A stretch of 64,000 bases of DNA, taken from the NCBI GenBank assembly GCA_002269645.1, contig NIVC01002119.1, positions 62,001 through 126,000 on the forward strand, written 5' to 3'. The stretch comes from Macrostomum lignano. Lineage: Eukaryota. The first letter of the stretch is position 1. The number at the start of each line of letters is the position of its first letter. A program made the position numbers and the translations under genes. Below, in pieces: positions 1 to 11,322 of this stretch. The notes under the pieces are model-generated. The model saw only the letters and a program-made list of their open reading frames with translations. It did not search any database and was not told the origin of the DNA.

Positions 1-1469
1 ATCCCTGAGAGCTCTGACACCCTGTGCTGGCACTGTGGCTCAGCTGATCCCTGAGAGCTCTGACACCCTGTGCTGGCACTGTGGCTCAGCTGATCCCTGA
101 GAGCTCTGACACCCTGTGCTGGCATTGTGGCTCAGCTGATCCCTGAGAGCTCTGACACCCTGTGCTGGCACTGTGGCTCAGCTGATCCCTGAGAGCTCTG
201 ACACCCTGTGCTGGCATTGTGGCTCAGCTGATCCCTGAGAGCTCTGACACCCTGTGCTGGCATTGTGGCTCAGCTGATCCCTGAGAGCTCTGACACCCTG
301 TGCTGGCATTGTGGCTCAGCTGATCCCTGAGAGCTCTGACACCCTGTGCTGGCATTGTGGCTCAGCTGATCCCTGAGAGCTCTGACACCCTGTGCTGGCA
401 CTGTGGCTCAGCTGATCCCTGAGAGCTCTGACACCCTGTGCTGGCATTGTGGCTCAGCTGATCCCTGAGAGCTCTGACACCCTGTGCTGGCACCGTGGCT
501 CAGCTGATCCCTGAGAGCTCTGACACCCTGTGCTGGCATTGTGGCTCAGCTGATCCCTGAGAGCTCTGACACCCTGTGCTGGCATTGTGGCTCAGCTGAT
601 CCCTGAGAGCTCTGACACCCTGTGCTGGCACCGTGGCTCAGCTGATCCCTGAGAGCTCTGACACCCTGTGCTGGCACTGTGGCTCAGCTGATCCCTGAGA
701 GCTCTGACACCCTGTGCTGGCACTGTGGCTCAGCTGATCCCTGAGAGCTCTGACACCCTGTGCTGGCACTGTGGCTCAGCTGATTCCTGAGAGCTCTGAC
801 ACCCTGTGCTGGCACTGTGGCTCAGCTGATCCCTGAGAGCTCTGACACCCTGTGCTGGCACTGTGGCTCAGCTGATCCCTGAGAGCTCTGACACCCTGTG
901 CTGGCACTGTGGCTCAGCTGATCCCTGAGAGCTCTGACACCCTGTGCTGGCACTGTGGCTCAGCTGATCCCTGAGAGCTCTGACACCCTGTGCTGGCACT
1001 GTGGCTCAGCTGATTCCTGAGAGCTCTGACACCCTGTGCTGGCACTGTGGCTCAGCTGATCCCTGAGAGCTCTGACACCCTGTGCTGGCACTGTGGCTCA
1101 GCTGATCCCTGAGAGCTCTGACACCCTGTGCTGGCACTGTGGCTCAGCTGATCCCTGAGAGCTCTGACACCCTGTGCTGGCACTGTGGCTCAGCTGATCC
1201 CTGAGAGCTCTGACACCCTGTGCTGGCACTGTGGCTCAGCTGATCCCTGAGAGCTCTGACACCCTGTGCTGGCACTGTGGCTCAGCTGATCCCTGAGAGC
1301 TCTGACACCCTGTGCTGGCACTGTGGCTCAGCTGATCCCTGAGAGCTCTGACACCCTGTGCTGGCACTGTGGCTCAGCTGATCCCTGAGAGCTCTGACAC
1401 CCTGTGCTGGCACTGTGGCTCAGCTGATCCCTGAGAGCTCTGACACCCTGTGCTGGCACTGTGGCTCAG
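1..1469. repeat. 46-bp minisatellite (ATCCCTGAGAGCTCTGACACCCTGTGCTGGCACTGTGGCTCAGCTG), ~32 copies, intronic in the RhoGEF gene, truncated by the window edge
   Basis: Unit recurs at positions 1, 47, 93 and onward with only occasional single-base variants. Confidence 0.97.
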
Positions 1470-1533
1470 TCTAAATCTGAGATAAATTGACCCTGTACTC
1501 ACTGTCAGCCAAAATCCAGCCGCTTAAACTCAC

Positions 1534-1770
1534 GTGCTTCAGCACCATCAGGTAGTCAATAAGGAAGTTCAGCTCAGACTTGAACAGCTCCCAGACGGCT
1601 TCCCGCCGCAGCCGCTCCGTGTCCTCCAGCTCTGCCGGCTGCGCTGATGCCCCGGCCGAGGCCCCGGCGGATGCTGCGGCAGTCGAGGACGACGACGAGG
1701 AGGACATGGAGGAGGAGGGCCTCGCGGCCGAGCCGGACTCGCGCTCGACCAGCTCTCGCCAGTGGGTGTT
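1534..1770 (-). CDS. RhoGEF (PLEKHG5/PLEKHG7-like) exon containing the start of the DH domain; the gene continues beyond the left edge
   Basis: Acceptor CCACAG at 1771 and donor GTGAGT at 1533. Translates NTHWRELVERES...LRREAVWELFKSELNFLIDYLMVLKH, matching the EAxWELFxSE/TE motif of the DH first helix, closest from memory to PLEKHG7. Confidence 0.8.
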
Positions 1771-1982
1771 CTGTGGAGTGAGTCAGAAATGCAGCTGGGA
1801 TTCTACCAGGCCTCTGCTCAAAGTGCTGCCCGAGCACTGCTCTTACCTTAAAGGACATCAGATAGGTATCGCGGAACTCTGAGCTCTTCAGCGAGCTGAG
1901 CACATCCTGCAGATCCGCCAGGCCCTCCCGACCCTTGCTGCGCTTCTTTTCAATCTGGATTAGCGTGGTAGTGGTTATAGAG

Positions 1983-2466
<484 letters not shown>

Positions 2467-2864
2467 CTGCTCAATTGCAGCGCCAGTGCAATGGGAAGCC
2501 AGCAGCAGATGGCCAACACAGAGTTACCCGAACATCTGTCTTCCGTATACCCAGAGGCTCTGCCGCACCCTCCATCTTCTGTTCCCGGTTATGTGTTGAT
2601 TTCAGAGCCGCCCGTCCCTATCCCGGAAACACGCAAATGATGATAAAGAGAAGCAGAGTCGGCCAGTTCCGATCTGTTTACTTCTCTCTGTCCGTCATGC
2701 GCTGTTATTCATGCAGCGCGTGATCACGAGAGCGAGAGTGCGGTGCCCGCCCTGCGCTTTAAAATATTCTTATGGATAGCCAAATACTCTCTGCCATGAT
2801 CTGATTTTTCTTTATTAGTCGCTGTATAATATTTCTAGGCCTGGCTTTCCTTTCAGCGTCAAGC

Positions 2865-3150
2865 CCCTGACCTAGTGCTCTTTCCTGCAGCTTTGAGTCC
2901 CCTGACCTACCTGCTCTCCCTGCAGCTTTGAGTCCCCTGACCCACCTGCTCTCCCCTGCAGCTTTGAGTCCCCTGACCTACCTGCTCTCCCCTGCAGCTT
3001 TGAGTCCCCTGACCTACCTGCTCTCCCCTGCAGCTTTGAGTCCCCTGACCTACCTGCTCTCCCCTGCAGCTTTGAGTCCCCTGACCTACCTGCTCTCCCC
3101 TGCAGCTTTGAGTCCCCTGACCTACCTGCTCTCCCCTGCAGCTTTGAGTC
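2865..3150. repeat. 36-bp minisatellite (CTGCAGCTTTGAGTCCCCTGACCTACCTGCTCTCCC), ~8 copies
   Basis: Direct periodicity. It explains ORFs 2907-3245 and 2928-3194. Confidence 0.95.
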
Positions 3151-3227
3151 GCGTGAAATGCTACTCCATCAGCCTCAAGATCTATAAATTTTAGAAAGTC
3201 AGTCAAGCAGCCAGTCGCAGAACTCAC

Positions 3228-3265
3228 CAGCTTCAGGAAGGACATGCCGCGGCGCTTTGAGGTTT
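3228..3265 (-). CDS. RhoGEF 38-bp exon (E)TSKRRGMSFLKL
   Basis: CACAG acceptor and GTGAGT donor. Phase 1 in, phase 0 out, matching both neighbouring exons. Confidence 0.72.
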
Positions 3266-3347
3266 CTGTGTGGGAGGAGAAGAGAGTCGGTGAAGCTCGG
3301 AAAGCTTGTTCGAATTGGACAGGAAAAATTTATGAATCGCCGCTCAC

Positions 3348-3505
3348 CATCGTTTGGCGAAAATGACTGCAGAGTCTTCTGGGTGAGGTCGGCGATGGTG
3401 TTTTGCTTCTTGAGAATCTTCTTGCTCTTCTCCTTGAGCATGTCCACCCGCGGCAGCACCTCCACGTTGAGCTCCAGCGAGCTGCGGCGCCTTTTTGGCT
3501 CCTCG
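3348..3505 (-). CDS. RhoGEF exon EEPKRRRSSLELNVEVLPRVDMLKEKSKKILKKQNTIADLTQKTLQSFSPND
   Basis: CTGCAG acceptor, GTGAGC donor, GC3-rich codons, phase-consistent. Confidence 0.75.
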
Positions 3506-3626
3506 CTGCAGTTTCAAAATTTTGAAATTATATTTTTAAAATATGAGTCAACACGGGTTGAAGCCCGGAAACGCAGTTTCACTGAGCAAAACTAACGAAT
3601 TCGGAAAGCGCTGCACACAGACTTAC

Positions 3627-3691
3627 CCATTGTCCTCATTTCCAGACTCGTTGGGGCTCCTGTCCGGACTCCTCGCCTCGCCGGTCAGATT
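3627..3691 (-). CDS. RhoGEF 65-bp exon NLTGEARSPDRSPNESGNEDN(G)
   Basis: GACAG acceptor and GTAAGT donor. Phase 0 in, phase 2 out, matching neighbours. Confidence 0.72.
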
Positions 3692-3745
3692 CTGTCACGA
3701 TTCGAAACTCGACAGATTTAACTTAAAAAACCTAAAACCTTTTAA

Positions 3746-5122
3746 CCTAAAAGACGGGAGTTCTCACACCTAAAAGACAAAAGTTCGCACACCTAAAAGA
3801 CAGGAGTTCCCACACCTAAAAGACAGGAGTTCCCACACCTAAAAGACGGGAGTTCGCACACCTATAAGACGGGAGTTCGCACACCTAATAGACGGGAGTT
3901 CCCACACCTAAAAGACGGGAGTTCGCACACCTAAAAGACGGGAGTTCGCACACCTAAAAGACGGGAGTTCCCATACCTAAAAGACAGGAGTTCCCACACC
4001 TAAAAGACGGGAGTTCCCATACCTAAAAGACAGGAGTTCCCATACCTAAAAGACAGGAGTTCCCACACCTAAAAGACAGGAGTTCCCACACCTAAAAGAC
4101 AGGAGTTCCCACACCTAAAAGACAGGAGTTCCCACACCTAAAAGACAGGAGTTCGCACACCTAAAAGACGGGAGTTCCCATACCTAAAAGACAGGAGTTC
4201 CCATACCTAAAAGACGGGAGTTCCCATACCTAAAAGACAGGAGTTCCCACACCTAAAAGACGGGAGTTCCCACACCTAAAAGACAGGAGTTCGCACACCT
4301 AAAAGACGGGAGTTCCCATACCTAAAAGACAGGAGTTCCCACACCTAAAAGACGGGAGTTCCCACACCTAAAAGACAGGAGTTCCCACACCTAAAAGACA
4401 GGAGTTCCCACACCTAAAAGACAGGAGTTCCCACACCTAAAAGACGGGAGTTCCCACACCTAAAAGACGGGAGTTCGCACACCTAAAAGACGGGAGTTCC
4501 CATACCTAAAAGACAGGAGTTCCCACACCTAAAAGACGGGAGTTCCCACACCTAAAAGACGGGAGTTCGCACACCTAAAAGACGGGAGTTCGCACACCTA
4601 AAAGACAGGAGTTCCCACACCTAAAAGACAGGAGTTCCCACACCTAAAAGACGGGAGTTACCACACCTAAAAGACGGGAGTTCGCACACCTATAAGACGG
4701 GAGTTCGCACACCTAATAGACGGGAGTTCCCACACCTAAAAGACGGGAGTTCGCACACCTAAAAGACGGGAGTTCCCACACCTAAAAGACGGGAGTTCGC
4801 ACACCTAAAAGACGGGAGTTCGCACACCTAAAAGACGGGAGTTCCCACACCTAAAAGACGGGAGTTCCCACACCTAAAAGACAGGAGTTCGCACACCTAA
4901 AAGACGGGAGTTCGCACACCTATAAGACAGGAGTTCCCACACCTAAAAGACAGGATTTCCCACACCTAAAAGACAGGAGTTCCCACACCTAAAAGACAGG
5001 AGTTCCCACACCTAAAAGACAGGAGTTCCCACACCTAAAAGACAGGAGTTCCCACACCTAAAAGACAGGAGTTCCCACACCTAAAAGACAGGAGTTCCCA
5101 CACCTATAAGACTCGAGTTCCC
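3746..5122. repeat. 23-bp minisatellite (CCTAAAAGAC[G/A]GGAGTTC[C/G]CACA), ~60 copies
   Basis: Direct periodicity with interspersed variant units. Confidence 0.97.
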
Positions 5123-5640
5123 AGCCTGATACCCAAATCAGAAACACCTGACGGGATCAGCAGCTGTCAGCCACGCCGCCCCGGCTGAGCAGCGCCTTTG
5201 TCCGACTGCAGCTTAGCGGGGCTAATCAGGCCGCTACAAGTCCGCGTGTCCCATCTCGCCTCATCTTCCGCTTGCAGCCTCCGCCTCATTAACTGAGGCC
5301 CCCCGCCTGTCCTGCCCGGCCGCCGCCCGCCCTGCTCCAGGCGAGTTAAGTTCGACTTGTCACGGACCCCCCACCGACCCCCACCGACCCCCCCCCGCCA
5401 GGCGAGGCGCATGGGACGTGTTAAGCAAAATGCGAATCATGGATGACTGCATCAGTCACACATCCAAATATTCCTCAATCGCACATGACAGTTGACAGCG
5501 ACACATTTAGATGCCATGGCAGATGCGGCAGGAAAATGCTTGAGTGAAATCATGCAAAACGTTTCAAAAGAGACGGATTGAAACAAAGTTTCACTTCTGA
5601 CATCACCTGTCCGATTGTATCAAGGATGAGGAAGAACTGT

Positions 5641-5968
5641 AGCTCCATGGCCTACCGGTCATAGCAGGGTCCAGCTTCATGGCCTACCGGTCATAGCAGG
5701 GTCCAGCTCTATGCCCTACCGGTCATAGCAGGGTCCAGCTCCATGGCCTACCGGTCATAGCAGGGTCCAGCTCCATGGCCTACCGGTCATAGCAGGGTCC
5801 AGCTCCATGGCCTACCGGTCATAGCAGGGTCCAGCTCTATGGCCTACCGGTCATAGCAGGGTCCAGCTTCATGGCCTACCGGTCATAGCAGGGTCCAGCT
5901 TCATGGCCTACCGGTCATAGCAGGGTCCAGCTCTATGGCCTACCGGTCATAGCAGGGTCCAGCTCCAT
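5641..5968. repeat. 32-bp minisatellite (AGCTCCATGGCCTACCGGTCATAGCAGGGTCC), ~10 copies
   Basis: Direct periodicity. Confidence 0.95.
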
Positions 5969-6012
5969 GCAGGTAACCCTAGCGGCTCAGCAGTGTCAGA
6001 AGTCCCACTCAC

Positions 6013-6168
6013 CTTGGAGTTGTAAATGGCTGCCCGACGGCCTCTCCGCCGCAGGTTCTCTTTGCTGGGCTCAGTCTCCGGCTCTTCATCATTGTCGCTG
6101 GTGAGGCTGGCGGTGCTGCCGTGTCGCTTGATCTGGGGCGCAGTGGGTGGGAGCGGAAATTCTGTATA
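6013..6168 (-). CDS. RhoGEF exon YTEFPLPPTAPQIKRHGSTASLTSDNDEEPETEPSKENLRRRGRRAAIYNSK
   Basis: CTTCAG acceptor and GTGAGT donor. 156 bp, phase 0 at both ends. Confidence 0.72.
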
Positions 6169-6267
6169 CTGAAGCAAGCAAATCATTTTCGAATGTTAAC
6201 TGTTTGAAAAATCAAAAGCACCAAATAACAGTGTTTTTCTGCTGAAAAGGTTGTCCATTCGGTTAAA

Positions 6268-6737
6268 TAATCCCTATTCCATTGCAATCTCATATCGCTA
6301 ATCCCTATTCCATTGCAATCTCATATCGCTAATCCCTATTCCATTGCAATCTCATATCGCTAATCCCTATTCCATTGCAATCTCATATCGCTAATCCCTA
6401 TTCCATTGCAATCCCATATTGATAATCCCTATTCCATTGCAATCTCATATCGCTAATCCCTATTCCATTGCAATCTCATATCGCTAATCCCTATTCCATT
6501 GCAATCTCATATTGATAATCCCTATTCCATTGCAATCTCATATCGCTAATCCCTATTCCATTGCAATCTCATATCGCTAATCCCTATTCCATTGCAATCT
6601 CATATTGATAATCCCTATTCCATTGCAATCCCATATTGATAATCCCTATTCCATTGCAATCTCATATCGCTAATCCCTATTCCATTGCAATCTCATATCG
6701 CTAATCCCTATTCCATTGCAATCTCATATCGCTAATC
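6268..6737. repeat. 31-bp minisatellite (TAATCCCTATTCCATTGCAATCTCATATCGC), ~15 copies
   Basis: Direct periodicity. Confidence 0.96.
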
Positions 6738-6752
6738 CAAATCCGGCTGTAC

Positions 6753-6835
6753 CAGCAGGGACTGCGCGGCCCTCTGCGCGAAGGCCTTTGCACTGTAGGT
6801 GTTGGTCCTCTTCAGGCCGGCCGTGCGCCGTCTAC
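6753..6835 (-). CDS. Probable RhoGEF exon (G)RRRTAGLKRTNTYSAKAFAQRAAQSLL
   Basis: CACAG acceptor and coding-like codons. The donor GTACAG is weak, but the phase fits the downstream exon. Confidence 0.5.
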
Positions 6836-7254
6836 CTGTGCGGCTCAGCATGGGTTGGATGAGTCGGTGTGTGCAAGCGCAAATTCGTTGCCGACAGCAA
6901 AACGGGAGCCGCTTTGCTCCAGCCCGAAATTAAAATATTCCCGCGCTAGAGGGACGAGGCAGCAGCCGCGCCAGCACTGATTGGATGAGGCCGGGATCGG
7001 GGACAGATCGGGCAAATCCTCGCCAGGAGGGGCTGCCGCCTGCACTTTGCCACATTGTCTAAATGGATGAGGCACTGCAGGTATTCAATTTAATTATAAT
7101 TGCAGCTTAGGATTAGCAGAAAGGCTGAGAAGCTGCTCAGAATTCGGCTTGCACTCGGATCATCCGATACCGCGCGCCCCGCCCCGCCCTCCTCCCCGAC
7201 AGCCAGCATTGCTACTTGCAGTAGGCAAGTTCGCGCAGGCGCACAGCAACTCAC

Positions 7255-7385
7255 CGGCAGGCGGACGCTGGGCACCTGCAGAGTGACGCACTGACGGCCG
7301 GAGTTCACCTGCAGCGGCACCGTGGACTCGGCCTGGTTGATGGCTGCGGTGCGAGTTGAGGGTTGGCTGGAAATCATGCGATGCC
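7255..7385 (-). CDS. Probable RhoGEF exon(s) (G)HRMISSQPSTRTAAINQAESTVPLQ...VPSVRLP, possibly split by a 33-nt in-frame intron (7276-7308)
   Basis: TTCAG acceptor at 7386 is in phase with the 8022 donor. Donors GTGAAC (7308) and GTGAGT (7254). The phase link to the 6835 exon is unresolved. Confidence 0.45.
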
Positions 7386-7439
7386 CTGAATGCGGACAGG
7401 TCATTCTTGCTACCCCAGTTTCCCTATCGCTCCTGAATC

Positions 7440-8010
7440 CAGTTCTGAATCCCTGTCACTCCAGTCCTGAATCCCTGTCACTCCAGTCCTGAATCCCTGT
7501 CACTCCAGTCCTGAATCCCTGTCACTCCAGTCCTGAATCCCTGTCACTCCAGTCCTGAATCCCTGTCACTCCAGTCCTGAATTCCTGTCACTCCAGTCCT
7601 GAATTCCTCTCACTCCAGTTCTGAATTCCTGTCACTCCAGTCCCGAATCCTTGTCACTCCAGTCCTGAATCCCTGTCACTCCAGTCCTGAATTCCTGTCA
7701 CTCCAGTCCTGAATCCCTGTCACTCCAGTCCTGAATTCCTGTCACTCCAGTCCTGAATTCCTCTAACTCCAGTCCTGAATTCCTGTCACTCCAGTCCTGA
7801 ATTCCTGTCACTCCAGTCCTGAATCCCTGTCACTCCAGTTCTGAATCCCTGTCACTCCAGTCCTGAATTCTTGTCACTCCAGTCCTGAATTCCTGTCACT
7901 CCAGTTCTGAATCCCTGTCACTCCAGTCCTGAATTCTTGTCACTCCAGTCCTGAATTCTTGTCACTCCAGTCCTGAATTCTTGTCACTCAAGAACCGAAT
8001 TCCTGTCACT
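7440..8010. repeat. 22-bp minisatellite (CTGAATCCCTGTCACTCCAGTC), ~26 copies
   Basis: Direct periodicity, decaying into the donor site at 8021. Confidence 0.96.
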
Positions 8011-8021
8011 CCTGTGCTCAC

Positions 8022-8476
8022 CCGTACGCCTGGTGGACACGGCAGAGGGCATCTCCTTGGCCCAGGGCACCGGCGAAATCGCGGGCGACACCAAAACGTC
8101 GTCCCTGTCGCGCGGATTCTCCGCGGAATCCTCGTCGTCGCCTGCGCCGTCTCTGCGGCCGCGGGTCGCGCCCCGCTCGTAGGCGTAGAGCTCGTCCATC
8201 ACGGTCGCCGAGTCCTCGTCCGCCTCCAGCTGCAGCACCAGGTGCGGCCGGCGCAGCTCGCTGAGCTCACCGGGTGGCGACTCCGTCTCCCCTCCGGTGG
8301 CGGCTGCGGCTGCGGCGTCGGTGGTGGCGGCTGCGGCCTCAGCCTCCGACTTTGCCGCCTGCTCAGCCTCGGCCTCGGTCTCCTCCGCTTCGGTCTCAGT
8401 TGCCGACTCAACCGAAGCCACAGGCGCCAGCGACAGGGGCGACGGCGGAGTCTGGGCAGCTGCCCAGTCCGCTGTG
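8022..8476 (-). CDS. Acidic, Ala/Glu-rich exon, probably N-terminal region of the RhoGEF
   Basis: CTGCAG acceptor and GTGAGC donor. Open frame TADWAAAQTPP...ETEAEETEAEAEQ...RRPHLVLQLEADEDSATVMDELYAYERG...SAVSTRRT with GC3 bias. The phase-1 end matches the 7385 exon. Confidence 0.62.
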
Positions 8477-8489
8477 CTGCAGGAGAGGT

Positions 8490-8683
8490 GCGAGTGTGGC
8501 GAGTGTGGCGAGTGTGGCGAGTATGGCGAGTGTGGCGAGTGTGGCGAGTATGGCGAGTGTGGCGAGTATGGCGAGTGTGGCGAGTATGGCGAGTATGGCG
8601 AGTATGGCGAGTGTGGCGAGTATGGCGAGTGTGGCGAGTATGGCGAGTGTGGCGAGTGTGGCGAGTATGGCGAGTATGGCGAA
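8490..8683. repeat. 9-bp repeat (GAGT[G/A]TGGC), ~21 copies, abutting a splice acceptor
   Basis: Direct periodicity. Confidence 0.95.
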
Positions 8684-9108
8684 CGAATGGCGGTCCGTGT
8701 CAGACGACACGCCGCCTCATTCGATGACTCTGGAAGGCGGGACGGTTTGTACTTGAAGTGTCTGCTCGATCGAGACCGAGATCCCGGACTCAGTCTCCAG
8801 CCGCGCTCATATTTTGGTGCGGCCTTAGTTCACGCCACTGTAGATTCCAGGCACAGGAGCTGCTTAATGAAAACTGGCTGAGTTAAAAGCCGGAAATGCC
8901 CGGCACGGTGATCGATGACCGTTCCGTGGCAGGTGATGCACAGCGATTTTAAATGTGCCTTGGCGTTCAGTGCTAAGAGGCAGAGTTTCGGGCTAGAGGG
9001 GCCGAACAAAGGATGACCAGCCATTGATGGGACCTGCTAGGGGATGCGCTGCGCGTACAGACAGCACAGAGCATTCGCTCCTCTGAGCGCCTTTCTCTTC
9101 TCAGCCGT

Positions 9109-10310
9109 CTCAATGGCGCCTCTCTCTTCCCTCTCAATGGCGCCTCTCTCTTCCCTCTCAATGGCGCCTCTCTCTTCCTTCTCAATGGCGCCTCTCTCTT
9201 CCCTCTCAATGGCGCCTCTCTCTTCCCTCTCAATGGCGCTTCTCTCTTCCCTCTCAATAGCGCCTCTCTCTTCCCTCTTAATGGCGCCTTTCTCTTCCCT
9301 CTCAATGGCGCCTCTCTCTTCCTTCTCAATGGCGCCTCTCTCTTCCTTCTCAATGGCGCCACTCTCTTCCCTCTCAATGGCGCCTCTCTTCCCTCTCAAT
9401 GGCGCCTCTCTCTTCCCTCTCAATGGCGCTTCTCTTCTTCCCTCTCAATAGCGCCTCTCTCTTCCCTCTTAATGGCGCCTCTCTCTTCCCTCTCAATGGC
9501 GCCTCTCTCTTCCCTCTCAATGGCGCCTCTCTCTTCCTTCTCAATGGCGCCTCTCTCTTCCCTCTCAATGGCGCCTCTCTCTTCCTTCTCAATGGCGCTT
9601 CTCTCTTCCCTCTCAATAGCGCCTCTCTCTTCCCTCTCAATGGCGCTTCTCTTCTTCCCTCTCAATAGCGCCTCTCTCTTCCCTCTTAATGGCGCCTTTC
9701 TCTTTCCTCTCAATGGCGCTTCTCTTCTTCCCTCTCAATAGCGCCTCTCTCTTCCTTCTCAATGGCGCCTCTCTCTTCCTTCTCAATGGCGCCACTCTCT
9801 TCCCTCTCAATGGCGCCTCTCTTCCCTCTCAATGGCGCCTCTCTCTTCCCTCTCAATGGCGCTTCTCTTCTTCCCTCTCAATAGCGCCTCTCTCTTCCCT
9901 CTTAATGGCGCCTTTCTCTTTCCTCTCAATGGCGCTTCTCTTCTTCCCTCTCAATAGCGCCTCTCTCTTCCTTCTCAATGGCGCCTCTCTCTTCCTTCTC
10001 AATGGCGCCACTCTCTTCCCTCTCAATGGCGCCTCTCTTCCCTCTCAATGGCGCCTCTCTCTTCCCTCTCAATGGCGCTTCTCTTCTTCCCTCTCAATAG
10101 CGCCTCTCTCTTCCCTCTCAATGGCGCTTCTCTTCTTCCCTCTCAATAGCGCCTCTCTCTTCCCTCTCAATGGCGCTTCTCTTCTTCCCTCTCAATAGCG
10201 CCTCTCTCTTCCCTCTCAATGGCGCTTCTCTTCTTCCCTCTCAATAGCGCCTCTCTCTTCCTTCTCAATGACGCCTCTCCCTTCCTTCTCAATGGCGCCT
10301 CTCTTTTCTT
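9109..10310. repeat. ~24-bp pyrimidine-rich minisatellite (CTCAATGGCGCCTCTCTCTTCCCT), ~50 copies with length variants
   Basis: Direct periodicity. It explains the overlapping MAPLSSLS and RGKREAPL ORFs. Confidence 0.96.
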
Positions 10311-10771
10311 CTCATTTCAGCAGAGAAGGCGACAGCTGCTGCTGCAGGCGGCCCTCGGCTTTGATTAGAAAGCGAGTGCGAGCTGCAGCAAAGCGTGGGC
10401 TGTCGGATCGGCAAAGGGCGAGGGCGGCCTCGCCATGGCCCGGGCGGGGACAGACGCCTAATTTGAGAGAGTCACGCGATGGTGGTTGATATTCCAGCGG
10501 GCTCGACTCGAGCTCGAGCCCTTGGAGGATTGCGCATCTGCAGGCTGATGAGCCGACTGTGCTATTCTAGGCCTGAGGAGACTCGGCTGACTTCTGCCTT
10601 TAAATGCCTCGATCTTTTTGGCTTGGAAAAGGCGGATTCTATGTGTGTGCCCGGCTCAGAACAAACCTCGATGCAAAGGTTTGCGAATAACTAATTAGGT
10701 AAATTTCATTGTTCTGCCCTAATGACGCATACTTGATGCGGGTGCGGTGCTGGCGACTGAGGCGCAGCTCG

Positions 10772-11322
10772 AGGTTTGTGTAATTTATGTAGGTTTGTGT
10801 AATTTGTATAGGTTTGTGTAATTTGTGTAGGTTTGTCTAATTTGTGTAGGTTTGTGTAATTTGTGTAGGTTTGTCTAATTTGTGTAGGTTTGTGTAATTT
10901 GTGTAGGTTTGTGTAATTTGTGTAGGTTTGTGTAATTTGTGTAGGTTTGTGTAATTTGTGTAGGTTTGTGTAATTTGTGTAGGTTTGTCTAATTTGTGTA
11001 GGTTTGTGTAATTTGTGTAGGTTTGTGTAATTTGTGTAGGTTTGTCTAATTTGTGTAGGTTTGTGTAATTTGTGTAGGTTTGTGTAATTTGTGTAGGTTT
11101 GTGTAATTTGTGTAGGTTTGTGTAATTTGTGTAGGTTTGTGTAATTTGTGTAGGTTTGTGTAATTTGTGTAGGTTTGTGTAATTTATGTAGGTTTGTGTA
11201 ATTTGTGTAGGTTTGTGTAATTTATGTAGGTTTGTGTAATTTGTGTAGGTTTGTGTAATTTGTGTAGGTTTGTGTAATTTGTGTAGGTTTGTGTAATTTG
11301 TGTAGGTTTGTGTAATTTGTGT
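10772..11322. repeat. 19-bp minisatellite (AGGTTTGTGTAATTTGTGT), ~29 copies
   Basis: Direct periodicity. Confidence 0.96.
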
